Shown in pieces: positions 1 to 11,959 of a stretch of DNA of 64,000 nt. The stretch is taken from assembly GCA_002269645.1 (NCBI GenBank), contig NIVC01002327.1, positions 1 through 64,000 on the forward strand. The letters run 5' to 3'. The position numbers and the translations under genes were made by a program. The stretch is from Macrostomum lignano (Eukaryota). Each line of letters opens with the position of its first letter. Positions within the stretch are counted from its first letter, which is position 1. The notes beneath the pieces are model-generated. The model made no database searches, was not told the origin of the DNA, and saw only the letters and a program-made list of their open reading frames with translations.

Positions 1-329
1 CCCATTATGCCTAGATTTCTCGGGCCGAAACATGAATACAACCATCAGTATGTGCCCGGAACATTTTGTCTATGGTCGAACTTAAATGCATTATATTTTG
101 AAAAAAAGCAGATTGAACGATTGACCAGTGTATCAAGCAAAAAGTGGTGTAGCATTAATTGTTCTAGTAATTACGTGCAAACAGTTAGGTAGCTACAGTT
201 ACAAGAATAATTGACTCTGGCTCCGTTCTTCTCCAGAATGACAGTCGGGTTGCCTGATGGAGTAGGTTTGACTGGACACAACTTTTTCAGCGATACAGTA
301 AACACCTCGGTTTTCGTAGAATCCTGATG

Positions 330-830
330 TACCGCGCTGTGAGACTATGAGAAACATTGATCTTCCTCTTTTCAGAGATGTGTTTGGTGTACCAGCTGAC
401 AGAATCGTTGCTGCAATGCCTGAAAAATATTGTTTAATTTTTGTCAATGTATATTCACGGTAATAACACAAATAACAGTAGCAGTGCGCATACATGTATA
501 GCGTCCCACTTACCTGTCACCGCCTTGATTCTTCAATTGTGTGTCCATTATCGACCAGGTTTGGCCTGTTGTCGACCTAATGCAATGGTTGGTGTAGACT
601 CGGCTGAGTCCAGCTCGATCAGAAATTTTCTTCATCATCTCGTTCAGAGTATTCTTTCCAAGAACACAGGTTGAAGAGTACCAATACATTTGGTGACGTT
701 GAATTGATCTTGACAGCTGTTGGAAAAAGAGCGCTCATCAGCTCTGGAATCTTGGACAGGTACATCTCGACAGCCTCAACAAGAATGAATCTTAAGCAAT
801 ATAGGCTTCTGAATTTTCTGCTTTACGCAT
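330..830 (-). mobile_element. Degenerate Crypton-type (DUF3504-like) tyrosine recombinase remnant with a probable intron
   Basis: Manual minus-strand translation: LVEAVEMYLSKIPE (783-742), then FFQQ...WYSSTCVLGKNTLNEMMKKISDRAGLSRVYTNHCIRSTT (to about 570), then with frameshifts NLVDNGHTIEE-IKAVTG, a GTAAGT...TTTTTCAG intron (513-420), then H-CSNDSVSWYTKHISEKRKINVSHSL. This supplies the HxxR, GH and Tyr catalytic motifs of tyrosine recombinases. Confidence 0.75.
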
Positions 831-999
831 GTCTTATTAAAATCATATTAAAGACAGATTAATCTATGGTGATAAGTGCATGGGGCTTCGCCCCCACACC
901 CATTTTTGAATGAAATGATGAAAATGAATGTCAGCTTGTCGAAATAGAATGCAAGTTTTGTTGATATTGAACTGAAAAGGATCACTTATACCACTTGAT

Positions 1000-1366
1000 T
1001 TGCATTTGGTGCCTCGTGCCATATGCCCTTTGAAGCTTCAAAATACAAGCTATAGCAATCCGACCCGCTCAAGGTTTCTGTCTCTTCTCAGCTCTCTTCT
1101 CTTCTCGTCTCCTCTCCCTTCTCTTTTCTTCGCTCCCCTCTCTTCTCTCCACTCTTCCCTCTCCTTTGTCCTCTCTCCTTCTTTTCTATCCCTTCCTCTT
1201 TTCTCTCCTCTCTTCTCCTCTCTTCTCTCTTCTCATCTTCTCTTCCCTCCCTCTCTTCTCTCATCTCTCATTTTCTACTCCCTCTCCTTTCCTTTCACGC
1301 CTGGCCCGCATCCATGAGCTGGACTTCATATCTGGGCCCTGATGTAAAAAAGTTTGCGAACCCCTG
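1000..1366 (-). mobile_element. Non-autonomous hAT/Charlie-like MITE with internal CT/GA-rich tract (copy 1)
   Basis: Minus strand begins CAGGGGTTCGCAAACT (1366-1351). It shares GACA-AAACCTTGAGC--G-CGGATTGCTA and the purine-rich core with the element at 12715-13279. The far end is degenerate. Confidence 0.55.
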
Positions 1367-4363
1367 CTTTTGACCATAGACAACTCTTTTTTAGAACGTT
1401 AATAGGCCTTTAGACCCCAGTCACAGTAGAAAAGGCCACATTTGAAGTTGCTTGTGTCGCATTCGAGACTTCGAGCATATGATATATATTAGTAGCTATA
1501 GCTTCGACTTAACCAGTTCAACACACACGCATATCGAGAAGCATGATGGACATGTCAGTGCCCCTGTCAGTCATCGGCCTGGGACTGCTAATGATGCTTG
1601 TCATGTTTCAAGCCGTCGGAGTCTACGTCATGCTAATTATCTGATCGATAGACGGAATTACATTGCGTAACTGCTTGTTATAATGAACAATTATGAATAA
1701 AATGTGTTCTGATTAAATTCCTATACTTTAGTTTTTCTCCCTTTATTTTACTAAAGTTCGTCCATATTCGAGAATTATCAACGACCACTACTTCAAGTAG
1801 AACTGGAAACTTAGTTTCTTAGAAAGTTACGAACGAAGGAAATGCTTGAAATTATTTTATTGGCTGCTGCTCATGTTTGTTAAGTTCCAGTTCAGTTAAA
1901 CTGCATCCAGTTCAAATTCGCGCCAAAAAGGGACATTGTTAAACAATATTTAAACACCCAAAAAGCTATAAAGCTTAAAACCTTTAAACACCCCAACTAA
2001 ATCTACTATCAAGTGAATTTGCCTTTAGTCAAATCTCTAAAAGCAAGCCGGTAATTATTTTTCACACTAGAAAGTTATTTTACACGTGACCTTAACTTGA
2101 AGTAGGATTTGAAGACCAGATTAGAATGTTCATTGAAGCCCTTATCGCAACTTTCTCAGTAATCTATTCAGTTCATCTGCTCTTGGCTTTGTTTACTGTT
2201 TTCTCTCTGTCTTGTTCAACCTTGCTATTCTTATCTCTCTCCTCTCGCTGCCTTCTGATTGGCTCTTCAATTTTTTCTCTTCCCTCAGTCGCGCAATCTA
2301 CCCTTACTAATCTTATCTACACTCAGCCCCGACCCTAATTTAATGTCTAATAACATAAGTAATGATCGCTTTGGGCCTGCGAATCACTTATTGTCTTCTT
2401 AATATTCTAATATGGCAGAAGCCCAGTAAGCTTACTAAATTTCGGTATAGCCTCATTCTCGTACTCGTAGTAATATATAGATTGACACTTTTTTACACAG
2501 AAAATTCCTAGAATTATGTCGCAGCAAAACCAGGCTTATGTCATTTTGCCTAATCCTATGCAGCGATTACTATTCCGCTACAAATCCTAAGCCTATGCTA
2601 ATCCGCACTGACTGACCTCACCAAGTCATTGTTCGCTATCATTTATACTTGGCAATTTTACTCCAGCCAGCTGTTGCTCAATGGCAGTTTTATTGAGATG
2701 CGCTCGCAACCTGTTCGGGCGGGCACTACGAACTGCGGGGATCAACATTTTAGCTAGCAAAATTATTTGATTCGTTTTATGCTGGGAGTAAACCCAGTCA
2801 TTCCGCCTGGTTTGTACGCAAGGAGGAGGATCTCGGGAATGTTCAGTGATAGGGAGTTCTCTGGAGGGGAAGTCTTCAGGTAGGGGAGGATCCTCATTGA
2901 GTGGTTGATTCAGGTAGGGGGAATCCTACTTTTCCAATTTTCCAATTTTCAGGGAGGGGAGCTCCCCATAGAGGGGAATTTTCAGGAAGAGATAGTCTTT
3001 ATGCTCGTAGGGGATCCACAGTATCAAAGATATCAAAGGTTTTTTGGCCCATTTCAGGACACTAGAAGCCATTTTCACAGTTGGGGCCTTAATCCTATAT
3101 AGAGCCGTAGCTACCACTGATAACCAGACTTAAGTCCTTTAAACATAATTGAGAAATCGTTAATAAAACTACTTATAGTAGCACGGCGCTGATGTCGAGT
3201 GTTCTTTAAATTTCTTCTTTAAATTTCTTTATTATAATTTTTATCACTCAAGCCAGTTCTTACTCAGTGTACACAAATTATAAAATGCAACAGCTAAAAG
3301 GCAAGCGGTGCTTTCCATGATTACGCAATAATTACTAACAGTATAATTGGTTTTAGGAAACTTTGATTCAGGAAGAATTCAACTTTTCCAGCTTCATTGG
3401 GTTATGGACCACTTAGAAGTAGATGGACGGGTAGATTCGTTTCTTAGAAAAAGAAAGGCTAAAATGTGTACCCGAAAAGAAATTGCCTCATTTTATGGAA
3501 TTTTAAAAACAATAATGTGCCAGCGTGTGTTTTACATAAGCAGCCCAAATGCCAAACAGCGTCACAATTTGTAGCCAAGGCCTACTCAAGCAGGAGGACG
3601 GGAAACCTCGTTTCTTAGAAAATGTTTATAAGGCTGTTTTTCGCCGAAAAATACACTTACGGAGATAGGAAGTTTTCATTTTTTTCAGCACAAAAATTGT
3701 TATTGCTTTCGATAGGAGGCAAACCCAATGTTCATCTTTTGATATGTTGTGCCTTTCTTATAGCTCTTATAGAAAATTAGGATTCTATGTATTCTACGTA
3801 CATTCCATATACCTAAAAATCATAAAAACTCACGGCGCAGCTCGACTTTTTGGTTTTATAAATTTATTTTATCATATCTGTTACACATATTGTTACACAG
3901 TTAGCTAAAAACGATAAAAATAGATTCATAAAACCAATGAGCTGAGCCGTGCCATTTTAATGTTTTTTAGGCTCGGGACATATGCAATTGTACGTAGAAT
4001 AAAATTCTAGAATAAAAAATTTAGCATGACACAAACTAGCTATCTATCATTGGTCAAGGCACGATGATATTATTCTGACGAGAAATAATTGCACGAATTT
4101 AAACAAAAAATAATTCAGCGGAGGAGAATTATTAGCACCTGGGGGAAGCAAGCTACAGGTAATGCGCATTGAAAATAATACCTTGAGGGAACGGCTAGGG
4201 CTTCAGTGGTCCAGCCATTGAATCGAATCAGTCAGTGTTATTTTTGCATCCAAAATGGCCTGTTCGCTTGACCACTTTGCTTGTTGTTTAACCTGGGACT
4301 CGGTGGGACTGCTTCTGAAAGTCAGGGGGAAAATGTGCATGGCTTACCTTTTGCTAAGGGTTT

Positions 4364-5067
4364 CTAATCTCAGAGGATTGCTAATCTCAGTGGATTGCTA
4401 ATCTCAGTGGATTGCTAATCTCAGTGGATTGCTAATCTCAGTGGATTGCTAATCTTCGTAGATTGCTAATCTCAGTGGATTGCTAATCTCAGTGGATTGC
4501 TAATCTCAGTGGATTGCTAATCTCAGTGGATTGCTAATCTTCGTAGATTGCTAATCTCAGTGGATTGCTAATCTCAGTGGATTTCTAATCTCAGTGGATT
4601 GCTAATCTCAGTGGATTGCTAATCTCAGTGGATTGCTAATCTCAGTGGATTGCTAATCTCAGTGGATTGCTAATCTCAGTGGATTGCTAATCTCAGTGGA
4701 TTGCTAATCTCAGTGGATTGCTAATCTCAGTGGATTGCTAATCTCAGTGGATTGCTAATCTCAGTGGATTGCTAATCTTCGTAGATTGCTAATCTCAGTG
4801 GATTGCTAATCTCAGTGGATTGCTAATCTCAGTGGATTGCTAATCTCAGTGGATTGCTAATCTCAGTGGATTGCTAATCTCAGAGGATTGCTAATCTCAG
4901 TGGATTGCTAATCTTCGTAGATTGCTAATCTCAGTGGATTGCTAATCTCAGTGGATTGCTAATCTCAGTGGATTGCTAATCTCAGTGGATTGCTAATCTC
5001 AGTGGATTGCTAATCTCAGAGGATTGCTAATCTCAGTGGATTGCTAATCTCAGTGGATTGCTAATCT
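4364..5067. repeat. 17-bp minisatellite (CTAATCTCAGTGGATTG), about 41 copies
   Basis: Read directly; a variant unit CTAATCTTCGTAGATTG recurs. Lies about 90 bp 3' of the DEG/ENaC stop codon. Confidence 0.97.
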
Positions 5068-5156
5068 AAGGATTAAAAACATAATTTATTCCCTTTTCTA
5101 ATTATAAGGAGAAAATTCTGACAGCAAAGCTCCAATGCCTGCCCAGCTACCTTTCA

Positions 5157-8100
5157 CTACACAGTTGAAACCAGAAAGTCCGTGTGCTCCGGCCCGTTGT
5201 GCAGTCGTTGGTTCGACCCCAACTGACAATTGGCGGCTCTCAACAGGCCCTGCGGGTCGGTCTCCCGGCCGAGCAGCTTTGCCTGACCCTGGGGCTGCCA
5301 CGGCGGGGTCACGTGATTCGGCGCGCAGTCCGGCGTCTCGTCGTCCCGCGTGCTGACCCTGGCGATAGCCATGCGAATCTGCAGTGCCGTCAGGCTGAGC
5401 ATCAGCCAGAGAATTTCGCCAATCTCGAATATACTGACGAAACTGGCGCCGATCCACAGGCCGCTGATGCCTCCGAGGTCCGACATGAGCGAGATTGCAG
5501 TGTAGCTGCGCTCCTCCTGCAGCACCTGGACGTTGAGCGACCTGGCGAAGATTCTCAGCTGGGACAGGTGCCGGTGTAAGAAGCTCTGCAGCGGCCGGCA
5601 CTCCACCCGCAGCTGCTCGAGGCGCTGCCGCTCCGAGCCGATGCTGGCCGCCGAGTCGAAGCGAAGCTGCGCGCACTGGCTGAAGTTCTCCGGCCGTAGG
5701 GAGCGCAGCAGGGCGGTGCGCGGCTCCACCGCGGCCACGGATTCTGAGTACTCGAGCAGTAGCTGAGAGAGCTTGCCAAGCTGGATGGTGGAGCCGCGGA
5801 CCTGTTTATCGAGGTAATGAGGCTCATTTGATTCAAAGCTCACAGTTAATAGCAAGAGTACATCTCTTTGATGAAGTTGCTGCATGGGAAGATTTTGGTA
5901 ATGGGAAGATTCGGTATGGGAAGATTCGGTATTGGAAGATTCGGTATGGGAAGATTCGGTATTGGAAGATTCGGTATGGGAAGATTCGGTATCGGAAGAT
6001 TCGGTATGGGAAGATTCGGTATGGGGAGTTTGAGCTTCTGTACAGTTTTGAGAACAATAGAGATTCTGTGTGAAGTCAGTTTTAGGTCTTGCGGGCATAT
6101 CATTGGTGCTCAACAGTCATGAGACCGAAGCGGGCAAAACTCACTTTGGGATCCTGCACGGGCCAGGGGGTCTGCCCAACGCTGTACTGGTACTGCTCGT
6201 CCAGGCAAATGTTTGAGCATTTCGTGGGCACCTCTTGCGACATTTTGTGCCTTTGGTTCAATGCGCATAACAACTTGTTTGAGTAGTCAATTAGCCGCGG
6301 CTGCTCCTTGGTCATCTCGCCCCAGTACTGCTTGAGCACCTGCTGAAGCACCTCCGTCGGAAGACTGCCGTAGCGTTGGTGCACACTGGCCAGGTGTCTG
6401 AGGAACCGAGTCATGACTGGCACCATCTGAGCTGTTGCTTGAGCCTTTAAGAGGAGTGAATGCGGTGCAATCTTGGGCAGGAGTTCTGCCAATAATAGTA
6501 GAAGAGCCTGGGTAGCTCTACATCATTCTGCAGTACTTTAGTAGCCCATGAGCAGAGACTCAAAACACAGCTTGCAACAAGGAACACTGTAGTATAACAG
6601 GACCTATAAAACTATGAAAGTTTCATTTTCATATTTTCTCTTTTTATTTCATAAGCCCAATCGGCCTCCAAAATCTTTCTTTGATCTTTGATTCTTCGAT
6701 CTTTGATTCATGTGATTACACGAGGGGGGAGTCCAACTGAGATGGCAAGGCTTGGGGGCAATTGCTAAGGGTAAAAAGGCTGTGGTCAGAAGCTACGTCT
6801 AGTTTATTAAAAAATTGGTATTACAATTTCCCTTGTTTGGGGGGGGTGCTGATTGAAAAAGCGTCTTTTAAAAATAAAAGAAGCGTCATGTCGAACATTA
6901 AAGATTCATTTGGGAATTGCTGAGAGGTCAAGGCTTTTGGGGTCGGGTTAGGGTTATGTTAGTGCTAGGGTTAGGGGGTATTGTTGAGATTTCAAGGCTT
7001 TATGGGGGGCATTGCTGAGATGTCAAGACTCACAGGGAGAATAGCTGAGATGTCAAGGCTTACAAGGGGAATTGCTGAGGTTATAGCAAGGAGAAGCTAC
7101 ATGTAGTTTCATTCATTTGTATTCCATTCATTGTTGGCTCCGCAACGGGGGGCTCTAGACTGCTAGACAGTGCTAAAAACGCTGAGAACTTCCATTTTGC
7201 CAGGGGTTTTTACAGCAAAACAGGCATCCATTGAGGGGAGGGGCTTGAATTGCAGCCAAACTTACCTGAAAAGCTGGGGAACTCTCCGCCAGGCCGAAGA
7301 GATCGTGACAAAAGTGCAGCGCCCGACTGTCGGCAAAGGCCACATCAGCCAGAGGCGAGCCGGGCACTGCCAGCGGCACGGGGCCCTCGAGCTTGCAACC
7401 GCAGCGCTGGAACACGGCCAGCTCTCTCTCCGCTGCGACGCAGTCGTTGAGGTCGGTGAGGTAGGTGAAGTTTCGCCGCAGCATTGAGTCGTAGTAGGTC
7501 TGCTTGGCAGGCTGGGCGCAGGTCTTTGTCGGCGTGCTCACCAGAGTCGTCTTGTACTTCGTTAGCGGCAGGTCCAGCCGAGTGCCAGTCGGGACGAACA
7601 GCCCGGACGCGTCCGGGTGCGGCGGTGTGTCCTGCTGGTGGATGGCGACTCTGAAGCCGCCGGATTCCAGGCCGGTGATAGTCTTCATGATGCGGTCGAT
7701 GGGGAAGCTGGCGTCCGTGCTCGGGCTGTACAGCACCATGATGAGGCCATCGTCTGAGCTCTCGCTGCTCAGGCGTCGCTCTTTCGGCCGGAAGGTGAAG
7801 CAGTTGCCAAAACGGCGGTGGAAAAACGTGACAAAGTTGCTGTTGGAGCAGCGCTCGCCCCGGTACCAGCAGGCGACCACGAAGTCGTTGATACGAGCGC
7901 CCACCGCCGACATGTTGATCCGGTGTTCCAGAGAGGTGTACACGGCCTCCAGGAATTTGAGAGACTCCCAGCCGAACAGGTGGCCGTAGACAATCTGCAG
8001 CTGCTGGGTGTGACTCACCAGAGACCTCTTAGCTTGAAGCTCTCTATCATATTCGAGTAGGCTGTACTTGAAGAACTTGTTCACCAGCGGGTCGCACACG

Positions 8101-8456
8101 GTCACATCTGGCATTGTGAAGGAGTTTGCCTGCTGAGAGACCGTCGAGCTGACTGGATTCGCTAAGAACATTTGCACTTGGTTCGCCGTGTGCACCACCA
8201 GGCCGCCGAGGGTGCAAAACAGGACCATGCACCAGAGCAGCTTGTCGTTCCAGTGATAGGCATCCAGCATGTTGCTAGGGCCGTGAACTGTGATCTTGCT
8301 CACTAGCGCTGCCAGCTGCACGTTCAGCCGGCGCTGTCTGGCCTCGATCTCCAGCTGGCGGAGCAGCCTTCGTCTTGGCCTCGGCCGTTGCTGCTGCTGC
8401 TGCTGCTGGTCTAGCAGCTCAAGTTCGAGTTGAGCCTCGGTCTCCATGACTTTCAT
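5157..8456 (-). CDS. DEG/ENaC (amiloride-sensitive sodium channel family) subunit, 3 exons, about 732 aa
   Basis: Exons 8456-7266, 6507-6145 and 5801-5157, all phase 0, with GTAAG/GTGAG donors and CAG acceptors. Motifs: pre-TM1 HG (TVHGP), RFGNCFTF, GFRVAIHQQDTPPHP, Cys-rich thumb (CSNICLDEQY...WP), TM2 SDLGGISGLWIGASFVSIFE with GAS filter. The exon 2 and 3 acceptors are best guesses. Confidence 0.92.
5885..6024. repeat. 15-bp minisatellite (TGGGAAGATTCGGTA), about 9 copies, DEG/ENaC intron 2
   Basis: Read directly. Confidence 0.92.
6740..7080. repeat. Degenerate ~30-bp tandem repeat (TTGCTGAGATGTCAAGGCT...GGGG) with TTAGGG-like stretch, DEG/ENaC intron 1
   Basis: About 5-6 diverged copies are visible; GGGTTAGGGTTA...GGGTTAGGGG at about 6945-6978. 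Confidence 0.6.
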
Positions 8457-9956
8457 TGCACTCCGACCTTTGGACTGTCCGATTCAGTATAAATGAACTG
8501 TATAAATGAAGACGTCTTTCGGCTTCGACTGGGTTGTACGCGGCGACCCTGGCCCCTGGGCCAGCTGCTGGCTGGGTTTGCTCTGCTCACAGCAGGAGGG
8601 TCAGCTACTGGCTTCAGGTTGGCTCTGCCTCGTGTGGCAAACTTTGCTAAGTAACGAACCTTTTGTGGGACTTTTAACTGGGCGGGTGCGCTACCGCTAA
8701 AAGCCAAGCACGTTCGCACTCTTCAAATCTGCTTCAGGTCTTCTTCTCCAGCCAGTTCTCAATGCAGTCTTTTTCTATTCATTTCTGAAACCAACTCTTC
8801 TAAATGCTGGCGACCAAAGCGGACATCGATCCAAGCAGGGGAGGACGGGCCGGGATTCTCACTGGCCAATGGGGAGCGGGCGTGACTCGATCGAGCTGCA
8901 GAGTGAGCAGGCACTGAAACAACTGCCACTCAGACTGGCAACATTATTCACCGCAATGGGCAACTCCTGCGAGTAGTGCTGGCATTGTTCAGCACTGCAC
9001 GGACTGTTGCGGAGCGGTGAGGTTGCGAATCAGTAGCGGGAGAGTCGCGTATTGACCGGATCGTATCGCAATGCAAGAAGCCAATTGTTCAAAGTCTCAA
9101 TTCGAGCCCTATGCTAAAACTGTGTGGTGCTGTTGGTTATTCTCCAAGTCATATACTGGCCGCATACGGACATTGGGGGTGTGTTGCAGACCCTGCTGCG
9201 TATCTCTGCCAGTGGCCCTGTCGACTTCCAACTCTACAAGCTCGTAGAAGCATAGGAGAAAGTTTTTCATTTTCAAAATTGTTGTTTATGTTAACTGAAT
9301 GAGTGAATGGCATTTCTGCTTCCTAGTGTTTAGCCATACCAGTATGCCATGCAGTATGAAGTGAGAGCAGAGGCACTAAGGTGAATTGGAAGAGGTCTCC
9401 CCGACTATTCAATGAGAGTATTCATTTAAGGTCGCAGTCTTCCTATCCTGCTCAGCTTAGCTCAGCCCATGCATAGACTGTACTGGCATGCGTAAGTCTC
9501 ATACAGTCAAGTCAAGTTCATTGCCTGATATTGCTATAGCCTGCTGCTGCAAATGGCTACTATTCCACCAGAGAACAAAACCGGCGTTCGATGCTTTAAA
9601 ATCAAGGGTTTTGCTGTTTAACAGCAACTCAGCAGACTGACAGTCCGATGGTCAGACAGACTGACCCCTTGAGACTATTGACAGCTGGCTTGTTTAACTT
9701 TCGGTCTCGCAGATTGGTGTAATAATTAATAGAATGGCTATACAACACAAAACAACATATTCTACATATTTTTTTCAACTCGAGAGACTAGCGCATGAGA
9801 AAAATTATGCAATCAGGACACAGCCGACAAGGGCAGCAGGCTATACAGACTACAGTATAGTCAATCGAGCATCAACTCACCCAGTCCCAGTTGTTATTAT
9901 TAGTGACGCTACCCAGTGCTAGCGAGCACGCGCTGTTTGAACAGGCTGGGGGAGCA

Positions 9957-11600
9957 GTCAGTGGCAGTCAAGGGGGTCAGGCCGATGCTTAGCAGCTCTG
10001 GGTCGCATGACCGGAACGCCGAGGCACTTAAAGTCTTGGCAGACGGCTATTGTCTCCCCATTGGGCAGCGTCAGAGGCGGGGCAGTCTCAGTGCCCACGT
10101 GAAGCAACTCGGTCTTCTTGGCGCTGATCTGCAGATCCACGCGGGCAACCTCCTCGAAGAGCCCATTTTATTGCTCTCTGTGCCGACTCCAGGCCGCGGC
10201 AGACAAGGGCTTTGTCGTCAGGGAGTCGGACCTCAGGATGCCGTGAGCTGCGGCGTTGGGTGACCACAAAGCCATCCTCTTCCTGCGGAGCACGTAGTCC
10301 ATCAGCAGGACGAACAGCAGGGGGAGAGGGTGTCACCCTGCAGCACGCCAGAGCTGGTTTGACACTCTTCAGTGGGTCCATCGGATGTTTGGACAAATGC
10401 CATAGAACTGGTGTACAAGTCCATGACTGCCCGCACAAGCAGAGACGGCACTCCACGCTGAGCGAGCAGCCAGGCTATGGTCAGCCAGCTAACAGAATCA
10501 AAGGCTTTGCGGAAGTCGATGAAAACAATTGAGGCGAGCTTTTTGGCGTGCTCTGCAGGTCTCAAGGATGATGCCACCTGCTCAGTAGTTGACCTGCCGG
10601 GGCGAAAAGCACTCTGAGAGGCTGGCATGCGCGAGTTGAGCACTGGGAGCAGGTGGTTTCGCAGCATGCGCGAGTTGAGCACTGGGAGCAGGTGGTTTCG
10701 CAGCATGCGCGAGTTGAGCACTGGGAGCAGGTGGTTTCGCAGCATGCGCGAGTTGAGCACTGGGAGCAGGTGGTTTCGCAGCATGCGCGAGTTGAGCACT
10801 GGGAGCAGGTGGTTTCGCAGCATGCGCGAGTTGAGCACTGGGAGCAGGTGGTTTCGCAGCATGCGCGAGTTGAGCACTGGGAGCAGGTGGTTTCGCAGCA
10901 TGCGCGAGTTGAGCACTGGGAGCAGGTGGTTTCGCAGCATGCGCGAGTTGAGCACTGGTAGCAGGTGGTTTCGCAGCATGCGCGAGTTGAGCACTGGTAG
11001 CAGGTGGTTTCGCAGCATGCGCGAGTTGAGCACTGGTAGCAGGTGGTTTCGCAGCATGCGCGAGTTGAGCACTGGGAGCAGGTGGTTTCGCAGCATGCGC
11101 GAGTTGAGCACTGGTAGCAGGTGGTTTCGCAGCATGCGCGAGTTGAGCACTGGGAGCAGGTGGTTTCGCAGCATGCGCGAGTTGAGCACTGGGAGCAGGT
11201 GGTTTCGCAGCATGCGCGAGTTGAGCACTGGGAGCAGGTGGTTTCGCAGCATGCGCGAGTTGAGCACTGGGAGCAGGTGGTTTCGCAGCGCAGCATTCAG
11301 AACCTTTGGAAGAGTGCACTCGAAGGCGCGCTGGTTGTCCACGAGCGTATTGGCTAGTGGAGTTGGCACCTTGCTTGGGGATGGAGATGATCTTCGAAGC
11401 CTTCCACTTCATGGATTCGTCCCCACCAAGACAGCAGTGACGGTTTAACAAGCTGGACACAGTGCCCAGACCCAGACGTTTCATAATGGTAAATAATATT
11501 AATAATAATAACTGCAGAAGGGCTGCGGGCATCCTTCGCAGCAACTTGGGCGATATCGTCCAATAACCAGTGCTGACGGCAATTCTGCCCATTCCACTGA
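9957..11600 (-). mobile_element. Dead non-LTR retrotransposon RT fragment (RTE-like)
   Basis: WKASKIISIPK, SQSAFRPGRST, IVFIDFRKAFDSV, GVLQGDTLSP, LLMDYVLR, ISAKKTE, FKCLG are spread over frameshifted frames. The catalytic YADD is degenerate (LPDD). Confidence 0.9.
10625..11287. repeat. 39-bp minisatellite, 17 copies, inside the RT remnant
   Basis: Unit GCATGCGCGAGTTGAGCACTGGGAGCAGGTGGTTTCGCA; 663 bp = 17 x 39; reads (LRNHLLPVLNSRM)n on the minus strand. Confidence 0.97.
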
Positions 11601-11959
11601 CTCCTGAGCGCATGCAAGCAAGCGACTACTGCATGCAGGCATGTACTCCTCATACACACGCTCACACAGAGTGTACAGTGGCCGTAATTTTCTAAGCGTT
11701 TCTAAATGTAAAGTATGCTTGAAACATCCAGTTTTTATCGCAACAATCACCCCGTAAAAGAGGAAGTCTACCAAAAGGCACCTACTTGGAGTGTTGCTAA
11801 TCGAAGCCGACGGAAGCTTCTGGATTTCTGGATCTGTAAATTCTGGATCTATAGCGATGAAACACTGAGACGCATGCCAGCAGGCAGGTTGCTAGCAACA
11901 GAATACGATATAGTCTTGCCAAGAGATACCAAGATCAGTTGAAAAAGCTGAAGGGAGCT

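Noticed and set aside
9130-9300. Minus-strand CPYCG...DLE-like peptide, possibly the C-terminal zinc knuckle of a LINE
   Set aside because: Needs several frameshifts and lacks the His/Cys pair; too weak to call.
10562-11613. Cys-rich (CCETTCSQCSTRA)n and other repeat ORFs resembling metallothionein or keratin-associated proteins
   Set aside because: Alternative frames of the 39-bp array inside a dead RT.
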